A stretch of DNA of 59,106 nt, filler included. It is 4 parts of 4 records of this genome, joined end to end, with 100 filler letters (N's around TTAATTAATTAA, not from the genome) between each part and the next. Parts side by side here need not be neighbours in the genome. Positions count along the whole stretch, not along the records: positions 15,673 to 30,070 come from DRR378314_2209; positions 30,171 to 50,972 come from DRR378314_2217; 2 more parts are not named here. One strand, written 5' to 3'. The notes below the pieces were generated by a model that ran no database searches, was not told the DNA's origin, and was given only the letters and a program-made list of their open reading frames with translations. Shown here piece by piece: positions 28,484-39,702 of this stretch. The position numbers were made by a program, and so were the translations under genes. Position 1 is the stretch's first letter. Every line of letters starts with the position of its first letter.

Positions 28484-30004
28484 ATGAAAAAGACAACACT
28501 GTTCCAAGCCTGCACATTGGCGGCCGCCATGGCGACAGCAACTGCCAGCCACGCAGGCTCGCTGACGATAGCCTCGCCACAAGACCCAGGCAGTTGGGAT
28601 CCTATTGACACCTTTTTGGTTAACTGGGCCTCGGTAGCCACCAATATCTTTGATGGACTAACCTACCGTGGCCCTGGTCTTGAGCTGGTTCCTGGGCTAG
28701 CCACAGCATGGGAAGAGCTGGACAACGGTACGCGCCTACGTTTCACGCTACGCGAAGGCGTTGTTTTTCATAACGGAGAACCGTTCAACGCCGAGTCAGT
28801 CAAGTTCACCTTTGATCGGCTACTTGGCGAAGAGGGCGCACGCGGTCCACAGCGCTCGAACTACACCGCTATCGAACGTGTCGATATTGTTGATGACTAC
28901 ACCGTTGACTTCTATTTAAATGAACCCGACCCCGTATTGCTCACGAAGTTAGCTGGCTACGGAGCCATGATCGTGCCTCCCGGTTACATTGAGGAGCATG
29001 GCGACGATTATTTTAATACCCACCCTGTAGGCACTGGTCCCTTTAAAGTAGTCGACTACACGCCACGTTCTGATGTGCAACTGGAAGCATTTACCGATCA
29101 CTGGGGCGGCACGCCCAAGCTCAATAGCGTCACCTATCGTTTCATCTCTGAGCCATCTACGGCCGTCGCCGAGCTGCAGGCAGGACGAATCGATATTGTG
29201 CTTCCACCAACCATCCCTATCGGCATGATTGGCGCGATCAACGATCATCCCAATACTAAGGTAGTCAGCGTCGCATCACCGACGGTAGAAGCGCTCCGCT
29301 TTGATACCCAGTCTGGTATCACCGCCGACGAGCGTGTGCGCCAAGCCATTATCATGGCAGTGGATCGCCAGGCGATTGTTGATTCCATTCTGGCTGGCGA
29401 AGGAAACGTTATCGCCAGTTTCCAAGGCAGCCAATCGTTTGGATTCGATTCGGAACTAGAGCCTTATCCTTATGACCCTCAGCGCGCCCAAGAGCTGCTC
29501 AGGGAAGCAGGCGTAGAACCAGGGGCTACGCTCCAGATTGATGTTCGTGGCAATGACTCAACCTTTGCCGAAGTTGCTCAGGTGGTTGCCGCCTATCTGC
29601 AAGGTGTAGGACTCAATGCTTCCATTCAGCCTTATGAAACCAATGTGCTACTCAATGACATCATTCCAGCAGGACGCACCGGTGCAATGTTTCAGCAGAA
29701 GTGGGGGGGCTGGACGTTTGACTACGACAACACTGCTTACCTGATGTATCACACAGGCGAACGCTGGAACCCTTACGACAGCGATGAACAACTAGACGAG
29801 ATGCTCAACGCACAGCGCGGTATTTTGGACCGCGATGCGCGCGAAACGCTACTGCAGGATATCGCTCGCTATACCCAGGAGCGCGCACTTGAAATGCCAC
29901 TTTATAGTTTGAACGCTCTGTACGGCGTGGGAGAGCGGGTAGAAAATTTTGAACCGGCGCCCGATAACCGGATACGCCTGACCAACGTCGACGTCTCTGA
30001 ATAA
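28484..30004 (+). CDS. Family-5 peptide-binding protein (GsiB/DppA-like)
   Basis: Signal peptide, LREGVVFHNGEPFNAESVKF, PVGTGPF, RVRQAI..AVDR, YDPQRA; start moved to ATG 28484; next gene starts GTG 30064 after AGGGAGG. Confidence 0.9.
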   Translation: MKKTTLFQACTLAAAMATATASHAGSLTIASPQDPGSWDPIDTFLVNWASVATNIFDGLTYRGPGLELVPGLATAWEELDNGTRLRFTLREGVVFHNGEPFNAESVKFTFDRLLGEEGARGPQRSNYTAIERVDIVDDYTVDFYLNEPDPVLLTKLAGYGAMIVPPGYIEEHGDDYFNTHPVGTGPFKVVDYTPRSDVQLEAFTDHWGGTPKLNSVTYRFISEPSTAVAELQAGRIDIVLPPTIPIGMIGAINDHPNTKVVSVASPTVEALRFDTQSGITADERVRQAIIMAVDRQAIVDSILAGEGNVIASFQGSQSFGFDSELEPYPYDPQRAQELLREAGVEPGATLQIDVRGNDSTFAEVAQVVAAYLQGVGLNASIQPYETNVLLNDIIPAGRTGAMFQQKWGGWTFDYDNTAYLMYHTGERWNPYDSDEQLDEMLNAQRGILDRDARETLLQDIARYTQERALEMPLYSLNALYGVGERVENFEPAPDNRIRLTNVDVSE

Positions 30005-30014
30005 ATCCAATTCA

Positions 30015-30036
30015 CCGCCGCCATGAACGGCGGCGG
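30015..30036 (+). other. Intercistronic stem-loop after the binding-protein gene
   Basis: CCGCCGCC-ATGAAC-GGCGGCGG. Confidence 0.55.
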
Positions 30037-30070
30037 CCATTTGTTTATCGAGAGGGAGGCCACGTGGCCA

Positions 30071-30170
30071 NNNNNNNNNNNNNNNNNNNNNNNNNNNNNN
30101 NNNNNNNNNNNNNNTTAATTAATTAANNNNNNNNNNNNNNNNNNNNNNNNNNNNNNNNNNNNNNNNNNNN
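30071..30170. other. Artificial contig spacer
   Basis: N44-TTAATTAATTAA-N44. Confidence 0.99.
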
Positions 30171-31932
30171 ACCGGTTAGGTACTAGGATGGGGGCATTCG
30201 CCGCGCTAGGTGGAAAAGTGTCGCCAGAAATTCCACGCCAACATACACAAAACGCCACAGCTGCAGATGCAACACCGGTTCGGCCTCCCTACCGGCCTAC
30301 CTACCCCTTGCTAATGGCAACGTACAGTACGGAAGAATAAATGACCCGCATTCGCTCTGCAGCGTTGTCGTACACGCCTCATTTGGCAGGTTGGGGGAGC
30401 TTGGGAACGCTCTGCGGTGGAATATGCGGATGAAGAATCATCCTGTGCGAAGCTCTGTAAATTTCTGGGCCTGAATCCGCCGGTTCCCAAGTCCGCAGTG
30501 CCGTACGCAACGAGCGTACTCTGTTGCTCTCCGATATCTTGAGCAGTTCAATATGGTATAGAGAGCTCACACGGCACAGCGCGACTACGGTGCAACCTTA
30601 ACGATGAAACACAACAAAAGCGCGCTTGTTCAGCGAGCAGAAAACTGCATCACTTTATTTATACATAATCCGAATGCCCACACTGATAGGCAACATTGCA
30701 GAAGAACTTCCTGAAACCCATTCTCGGCAATATTGTATTCCGCAGAATATATGCAAAGAGAAGGAGAGAGTGTCGGTGACAGGTGCGAGTACGGAAGATT
30801 TTCTTACTCCTTTCATCGTCTGGCGCTGTTGTGCCCCTGCGCACCGGTGTCGACGTCCATCGTGAACTGTCAAAGGATCACCAGAACCCCGCTGCTTGCG
30901 AACTCAGTGCGTGTGATACATTGCGACTATATCGTTGCATTGGTTTACACCACCGATATGCAGTGCACCATCAAAGTGCGCGGCGCGCGGTGGAGGGAGA
31001 GACCACGAGAGGGAGAGAGCACCCTGCTGATGCAACGTGCTGCCATCGATGGCGAGAGACGCGCAGCGAAGGGAGAAGAATGCAGTGCTCATGCTGCGGC
31101 TACGGCAGAAACCCGTTCCTCGTCGACACGCAAGTACGTATGAGTACCACACAAGGCTTTTCAGCTATTGCAAGTAACCCCTGCCGAGCTGTGTTGTTCG
31201 ATCGCTGAGGTTGGTGCCATGGCAGACGGCGCTGCGTGGGGTTTCGGGAAAGAGTCCCGTCCTTCCCGCATGTGTTTCAATGCGCCACAGATGCCAACTT
31301 GCATGCATCAGTCAGCTCTACTCATGTGAATACACGGCGATGCCAGAAGACCTACTATATTAGAGTGCAAAGCAAAAAAAATCTCCGCTTCAAGCTCCTC
31401 CCCCGTGCGCAAACACGGAAGTCGTTGCATTGGTCAACGGCGACCGCGGGCTCGTTCCCCTTCCTCTCCCCGCCGCTCTGCCGGAGGCCCTTCCGTACAC
31501 ACCCACGAATACGTTCCAGATGTGAGGCGGAGAGCGGAGGTTGCACACTGCTATCTCTTGTACTCTGTACACCATTCCATACTCTGATGCACACACCACT
31601 GCGGTGTTGAACGAGGAGGCGCGCGATATACGCGCTCGACTGTTGATGATCGTGTCGTTGGCGGATTGGGTGTGATGTTTGTCCCGCTGGCGGCCCGGGG
31701 GGGGGGTCACGCATGGGAGACGCTCGTCACAAACAAATGCACGACAAAGAACTCGTACACTTCGTTGCCGCTGTGCGAGGACGCGGAGAATACGTGAAAC
31801 TCGTGCGCAGTCGGAACTGTTGCGGGTGCCGCGCACACCTCTGAACGCAAGAAGTCAGTCCCGTGCGCTACATGTCGGGCGGGCACACATGAGCCTGCGC
31901 GGGCCCAAACGCCGTACAAAGGCGCAGGTGAC

Positions 31933-34900
31933 TCAGAACCACCCGTACACTAGTGGATCGAGTATGTCACAGCCTCTTCCCACTCGGCCGCGTTCACATG
32001 TACATATTCCTCTCCAGCATGTTCCCTTACCCGAGCAGTCATACGAGCATTTGTCTGGGCTCGCACGGAAGGAGAACACTGCGACGCGCGTGTTGATATT
32101 CTCCGCAGCGGGTGGGCGCTCAAAGCGCAGCGACGGCACCAGCCGTCCCGTCCCGGCGATCACCGCGGGTACAATGGCCTCCACTAGACGAATCCCGTCA
32201 ATGGTAATACGCGCCGCTACCGCCCGTCCCATGGAAGTAGCGATTTGTGCAGAATACACACTTCCAATCGATGACTGAAACGCCTCTCTGCTGAATGACG
32301 CCGCAGGAGGCTGGTGCACGACTTCGAAGCGTAGCGAATGTAACCGTCGCGGCATTCCGTGCTGCGCGTTCAGCCCAGCCTCGGCGAGAATCTCAAAATC
32401 AGACTCCATAGACCCCAGTGGCGCACACGAAGACTGCCTAAATTCCTCAGCATCGCCGGGATTATCGTCGCACGGCAAATACGATGGCGACGCGTCGGAT
32501 GCAGGATGGTACAGCAACAGGATCCTGCCGTTCCGACCGCTTCCCGCTCTGGAGATGTCCGTTGCGGGATCCGTACCGTAGTTGTACAGATTGGCGCGCG
32601 AAACCATATCCACCACGACTGCGAGGCGGGGTAAGCGTCCGCGATACGGGGCACTGCGTCCCTCGTTTGTACAGAAGCGTCGCGGTGTCGCTGCGTCATC
32701 GTTTTGCTCTTCCTCGTAGTCGTAGAGCGGAATGAAGAGTCTCCCCGGCGCGAGCGGCGAGCACCACGTGCTCGGGAGAATCGATGCCGGCGTGAAACGG
32801 CAGCTCGCTTCGTCGTTGAGTGTAAACGGCGCACCTGCCGGGGACGGCACGCGCGTTCCTTCGCCGAGGAATGCGTACTCTAGGGACACATCCACACCCG
32901 TGGTGATGTTGATTCCAAAGGGGAACGGCGCGTACTCGGCGCAGTCCCCCGCGAGCACGAGCGCGGCGGGCCCGCTCACGTGCGCAGCGGACTCGGCAAG
33001 AACCGCGGGGAACGACCCGCGTGCGACATACGCGTCGCGACGCGCGTCAATACGAGCGGCAACTGCGGCGTTGTCGTGCCATAGCTGCTCCAAGACAGCG
33101 GCCGGAGGGACGAAAGAAACTTGCCCTGTCAGGTACGCCGCCGCTCGTGTCGCCTCCGTAGCGTTGAACGCGGGGAAGTCCATCGCTTCCTCTTCGAGCG
33201 CGAACTGCACCGGTGAGTTCTGCAGCGGTGTTCCGTCGAGTGTCACGCTGATGTCGTACACACCGATTTCTGTCGTGTCGCACCGAAAGTCCACATAAAA
33301 CCCCGAGTACGGCGTGGCAGCGCGCACAGACACCTCGGCGTTTGTGTCCTCATTGTCCGATCGCGCGACGGTTGCGCGCAGATGTCGTTCGGCGATGAGC
33401 TCCTCCCTCCACGCGGGATCAAACCTGTCGATCTCCGGGTACCCCTCGAGATCCAGAGACGAGTTCCCATCGCTGTCGCATAGCTCAATGTACAGTGTAT
33501 ACGGCACGCGTGGTGTGCGTGCGCCAAACATGCCGTACACGCGTGATTGCGCGGCTGTGATGCGCTGCGCGTAGAAGAGGAGTGCAATGTCCCGGACAAG
33601 GACACGATCGCCAGTGCGCACGCTCACCAGGTACACTCCAGGAACATCACCTGCGAAAGAAAAAGTTCCACTGTCCAGTACGTACACGCATTGGAATACA
33701 TACAGAGGTACCAATGCGCATACAAAGGCGCGCACACAAGCGTCTTCCGTGTGAGGTCATGGCCAAGGATAACGCGCCGTGTTGGCAACGCCTTCGCGAG
33801 GAAGAAGCAGCACGCTGGCACGTGCACTCACTATCAAACGCATACAACCAGAGCGCTGTCCAACTATACGCATCTTCTCGCTCGATACACATACTTGTGT
33901 TGAGTAGGGTCGCTAGTGTCTGTTTCTTCCCGTGGTGCGTAGGGCACGTACATCTGTAGCGTAATGCTGTGGGGTGTCGTAGCGGCGTTGCGGTACCTCT
34001 CCCTCGCCGTCTCCCTATCTACACAAGAACCACGCACGCCCTCAGTCGATCGCCCGTTCTCCATTCTCATTCACTCGCTCTGTGCTTCTCGCTCGCTCTC
34101 CATCTCGCCCGCACACGCACCTGCCCGACGCCACAAAAGCGCTGCTCTCCGCTTGAATCGCCTCCGTCTCAGTACTCGCGTCGACAGACCACTGCAGCGC
34201 CTCCCCTCGCACCGCATCAGCCTCCGCTGCTGTAGCGGTTGCATTATTCCCGTACATATCGCGCAGCTGCACGTCGATCCGCAACGATGCAGTGCTCTTC
34301 GTCGCATCGCCGTCTGGCAGCGTGTAGGTGGTCGCCTCATCGACAAACGCCCCCGCGGACACAGATACAGATGCCCACTCGGCGCTCTCCCCACTGATGG
34401 CTACAAGGACGCGGTACGTTCCCGCTCGTTCAAAAGTTAGCGGTATCTCCGTGGTGTACGGCAGGTCATTGTGCGTGGATGCGGATCCTGGCGCTGTGGC
34501 GTGTACGGTTTCCGGCTGGGTCCTCCAATGCAGCAGCGGCGGATCGCTCGCACACACGGCAACGCGCGCCGTACGCGGTGAATCGCTCGCGGATGCGGAG
34601 CGCAACGCCTCCACGGAGCACTCATCGCCTGCCGCGTACACTATTACCTCGGACGGTCGTAGTGGGTTCCCGTAGGCATCGTGGAAGATGAGGTGCAGCA
34701 CAGTGGTGTGTCCGGCAGTATACCCTGCGGTTCCAGGGTCAGTGCGGAGCCACGCGCGCACGTCACGGATCCGCGGGCGCGCCGGTACGACCGTAATAGG
34801 CAGCGCAAACCCAGTGATGCGCTCGGACGCCGTGCTGGGCGCCGTGGGATCCTGGAGAAATGCTGCACGGTCGGGAACGCTCACGTGCGCGTCCAAGGTG

Positions 34901-37900
34901 TACGTGCCGGCGTGCTCTACGGTAAAGGAAGCGCGCGTCCGCGGCACGGGCGGTGCGTACCCCGCGTGCGCGGCAGCAGTGGCGGCGAGTGCAGCGGTGC
35001 GCGCAATACGCAACGGTGAGCTCCGCGCGTCTAGCAGTACCTCCAATGCACGCATGGTGGCACGTATGCGCTCAACCTCGTGGCGGACTGCGGGCCAGAA
35101 CTCCGGGGTTCCCTGCACCTCATCCGACGGTGCCGCGTCGCTACTTCCAGCGGGCTCGTCGTCGGCAAACGCGGCGCGCACAAGCGCAGACATACTCCCG
35201 TTGTAGTACGCGATCGCAGCGCCAAGGATCCGCCGCGCCTCACGATGTGCAGCGATGAGAGTCTCCCGCTCTACTGCCGTAGTGTCGTCTTCCTTGCGGA
35301 GCAGCGCAAGGGGTGTGACCGCGTTCGCGCGCTCTGTCCACTGCGCCTCCGTGATGCCGTTGGTGCCGCGGAAATCGCCGCGCAGAGGCTGTTTCGTGAC
35401 CTCGAGCGACAATACGCCTGATCCGCCGAGTCCCTCGTTCATACCTGCATCCGATACGTACAAGGTGACGGTGACATCCGTACCTGCTTCTACGATCCTC
35501 TCACACGTTTCGCACCATATAGCGTCCCCAGACTGGATAACCGACACTGTCCACGGGATCGTTGTGCCGCGAGCAACCGAGGGATAGACGGTGAGCGGGA
35601 AGCGCAGTGCACTCGAAGGAGCGCGCGGCGTCGTTCCTGTTCCCGCGCGAATATCGACGTCATTCGCGGTTGGTACCGATTCAGTGCCATCATCGTTGTC
35701 GACAACATATACGACCAGTTCATAGGTACCGGCGCGACTCGCGTATACACTCCCAATAATCCCTTCAAAGGCGGCGACGTGCAACTTCAGCGGGACGACC
35801 TCGCCTGCGTATTCCGCTTCCACCGGGGCGAGATACGCGCGGATGGTATGCACGACCGAAGCGGAGGTGGGACGCGAGAACTCATCCATGGGATTAATAC
35901 CAAAGTATTTCTGCGAATGTGCAAATGCGAATACGTGTTGAGGAGGAATCACTTCCAGACGCTCCGTTGATGGCGGGAGAGTGGAGCGCACAATTACCGC
36001 CAGCTGGCGGTCCTCCACGAGAGTTCCCCCGAGACGCAGTTCCAAGTGACCCGCAGCAACGCTCTGCGAAAATGCAACCTCACATGGGTCCGAAATCGTT
36101 TCGCATTCTCCAGTATAGTCCAAGGTGCGATCCACTGTACTCTGTTCCGCAGCAATGGCTACGCTCAGTCTCCCTCCGCCCTCGTTGGTAATCACCAGAG
36201 TGGTGCCGGCATGCGAGCTCAGTTGCTGCTCGCTGGCTCCGAGTGTGGCCGTGAGGGAATGGGGCTCGGGGGTGTGCGGTAGCGACAACACGACGTCAAT
36301 CCTAATGTTTCGGGCTACCACTACGTTTTCATATCTGTCATACACCTGGTCAAAAAGGAACATCAGAATCATCAGGCGGGACGTACGTACGGGGCGTTTG
36401 GGGAAGCCCTTGCGTGTGAGTACCATGTCCTACACTCGCTGTGCGTTCTCACTGCCGACGCAGCGTTACACGACGCCGCTCCTCTGTTGCACACAGCCAG
36501 TGAATGTGGCCAGGTGAAACAAGCAGTTGTTTGATCTACTGCTTAAAACATTCTATAGGAGCTGCAGTGGTACGCGAAAGAGGCAGAATGCACGTACTGC
36601 CTGTTCACTCCGGCTGGGGCGCCTCACCCGAATTGTGCGCTCCGCCCTGTAGCTGTGGACGCGTCACATCGCACGCTCACTAAAACACAAAACGTACTAG
36701 CACACCGCGGGATCGATTTGCAACGCAGGAACGAGAAAAGCACACATACCTCAATGTGCACTTTCTTCGGCTCCTTTGCGATAAGGTAAATGGTATCTCC
36801 GGAAATGTTTGTCGGGGTAAAGCTGGAGCGTAGACCGTACGCGGGACCAGGAGTGACCTCGAGCGGATAGAAGCGCGCGCTGTCGTACTCGTCCTGCAGC
36901 GCGTCCTCTGTCGCAGGCGGCGTGTTCACGACCTTTATCGTTCGTGTGTCATTGTCGAGATATAGAAAATACACAACATAGTACCCAGTACGACGAACGA
37001 AAAGGGATACCTCGTACTCTTTGGCATCAAAGTTCGGAATTGCTTCACTCAGTAGCACATCGTCGCTATCTGCTACCATGGCGAAGAAGTCGCTCGCTTC
37101 CGCAGCGCTGTGCTCGGTGTTGGCGACGATTTCCGCCGCGCGCACCGCCGCTTCCGAGCCCTCGCGCGCAATAAAGGCGTAAAAAGTCTCCAAGACACTT
37201 GCACGAGGAAGAAAGTCCAGGCCACGGGATACTATACGAAAGTTTCTTGCTATTGCTGCTTCCAGTGTAATCGTTTCGCCATCTGGTATATCGACGTAGG
37301 AGAATCGCGGTTCTACGACATCCAGAACAGCGTTGGCTCCGATACAGGGCAACTCGCGCCAACAGTCCGGGTCATCGCAGTCAACTGCACGCACATCCCA
37401 TACAGCGCAACACATGCATGTAAGCAACAGTCTATAGCCGTGTACGTTAATACGCAAAAATTACCCCGGCCCAACACTTTCTATACGTCGCTTTCTCGCT
37501 CCGGTTTCCGAAGCCTTGCCTTTTCAGCTACAGGGGAAAGGGCACGACTGTGGGTTTGCCAGCCGGACCGCACAGGGTGGGTGAGCGCGCGTGCGTGTCC
37601 AGCGCATGATGGGCGCGGTGTTGCACTGACCGAAATCACCAACTGCCTTGATGATTGAATACTTGCTGTGAATACAAAGTATCGCACGGGAAGTGCCCTC
37701 GGTGTAGTCCGGGACACGAACAAGAGTTGCGCGCGCGCGCGTGCGTGGGTGGACCAACAGAACACCAGCTTTCCCGTTCACAGTCAACGGTCTGTACGTA
37801 CTGAGAAAATCCCTGTCGTTATCATAACCATCATCACACTCTTTCTCCGGAGCACTTGAGGCGAAGCGTATCACTGGGGTCCCTGTGAAGCAGAGTGGCG

Positions 37901-38205
37901 TCTTGTCAGGTTAGCTACCGGCCAGCGAGAGCTACCCAACGCTGCACCGGACCGCCGAAAAGGCGGGGCCGTGACCTCTCCTTCGCGCGCAGACACATGT
38001 ACCGAGACAGAGGCACTGTATGATTGTATATGGACTGCACTACGTCTCTCTGAGGATAGCTTTGAAGTACTGGCGCTAGTGGCGCGCTGGAGTGGAACGC
38101 ACCGGGACTCCCGGGAGTGTCAACTACCTCAAAGCCAGACGGCAGATCCTTCGCCGCACAGTGCAGCGCTGCTAAGAGAGCGAGCAGCGCCGCAGTACGG
38201 ATCAT
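31933..38205 (-). CDS. Spliced eukaryotic gene for a large secreted protein (roughly 1700 aa): signal peptide, about 7 filamin-type Ig repeats, beta-rich domain, EGF-like domain
   Basis: Signal peptide MIRTAALLALLAALHCAA; in-phase GT-AG junction 36750^36345 (KVHIE|VYDRYEN); repeated D.YGN and G.Y.V.V motifs; CSYDCSGKGTCWRGICTCERGRVGRGC. First introns and the 3' end are uncertain. Confidence 0.65.
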
Positions 38206-39702
38206 GACCTCCGGCTTCGTGTGGAAGTTACTTCCCACGAGTGCTGGTATCAGGATCAGCAATAGATCACCGATAGTAGTTCCTCGTGTTATCTAATTGG
38301 CTGTGGCGGCGAAGCGGTGGCCTGCAGGTAGAGGGCGCATAGCGCACGGTCCCGCAATGCGCACCCCGAAGTTAGTGCGCGCGGGCTGTTTCACCTACAC
38401 CAGAACAGCGAGTGTAGTTGCACGCGAGTGTTACATCGGCTTACACCGCTCAGTATTTGTGGTGGATGAATCCCGGTGAGTACATTGCAAAGCATGTGAA
38501 GTGGAGACGGATTGAAAGCACGCGTCATGACCACGCGCCCAATGCCGCGCGGTGGGCGCCGACCCAGCGCAGCGCCGCCCTGTTCCCCGCCACGCAAGAA
38601 TGCGGCGCGCACCGCGTGCCTTTGCTAGCACCCAAACGAACCGGAGTTGTCCTCGTGTAGCGCATCGGTATCATGCATCCTATGCAGTGTACAAATGAAG
38701 AAGGCGGGGGTTCGGTGCGCTCTGCATCTCAAGGTAGGCGATCGTGCTCAACTCGTGCACGTGGCGCTTGCCTGGCTGCGCTCCGGGCGGCGCCACCTGG
38801 CGTGTCATCTGCAGAGAAGACCCTTTCGTACTGTACGACCCTGTCGGAACCAGTAAGCAACGCGCGTAGCGTGCGATCACGGGACGCCGGGCGCCGGCAC
38901 AGCTTCGCAAGGAACACCGGTGAGCGCTCGCCTGAATGCAAGGAGATGTGGTCGCTGAGCAGATAGCATAGGAAATGCGAAAGGCATCTTTTTATTGAAA
39001 TGATACAACCCACATTCCTCTGCATTTTATATACTTAGGAACTCGTGAAGGACGACCATGCGGCGGAGTGCGCCGTTGCAGCTTAGCTCGGCGCTGTACT
39101 CGACGACGATTTTGCTGACCGTCGAGCTGTGGCCGGAACCCTCTGCGGGAGTTGCTTGAGCAGCAGTCGTGTCGGAAAAGGAGAGATCTGTGCCAAAAGT
39201 CTGCTCATAGGAGAACAGGAAAGTGGAATACGCAAAGTTCTAAAAATGAAAACATAGGAGGGAGACCGTGCGTGCGCCACGGTGCTCGCTCAGCGGCGGT
39301 CGAGGTGAGGGAGTAGCGGGGTCAGCACATGGTGACGAGCGCTTGTACACGTGAAGCATGGCATAACGCGCGATTTGTCACACGTACATGTATGGTTCCA
39401 GTTGAATCCTCTCTCCTCCTTCTTTGGATCTGATACGCGCACTGGTAGTGTAATCCTCCCTCTGTCTCCCTGAGCGATGACACCGCGCGCGCGCCAGCGG
39501 CAGAGACGGGAGGCCGAATGGGAGGGGAGAAACGAACATGAACCTACTCACCCAAGCAATATATTAAACCCTAGTTAGTCAACCATTCCCCGCCGCTGCA
39601 CGTGCTACGTGCTCGAGGGCGGCGACCGCGTCGTGCGCCGACTCCGCTTCAAAGACCCCTGTCCTCTCAGCCCCGAACCGCATACCCTTGGTGGAACGAA
39701 AT

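Noticed and set aside
30171..31930. Short ORFs and possible exons at the start of segment 3
   Set aside because: No consistent splice model or recognisable domain could be built
38003..38160. In-frame TAG codons in an alternative frame, suggesting stop-codon reassignment
   Set aside because: The signal-peptide frame is open and a phase-1 GTCCG donor near 37952 resolves the junction; GCAT and NDUFA9 need no reassignment
38297..39300. Small ORFs between the filamin-repeat gene and GCAT as a transposon relic or extra gene
   Set aside because: No transposase or RT motifs, terminal repeats or coherent exon chain seen
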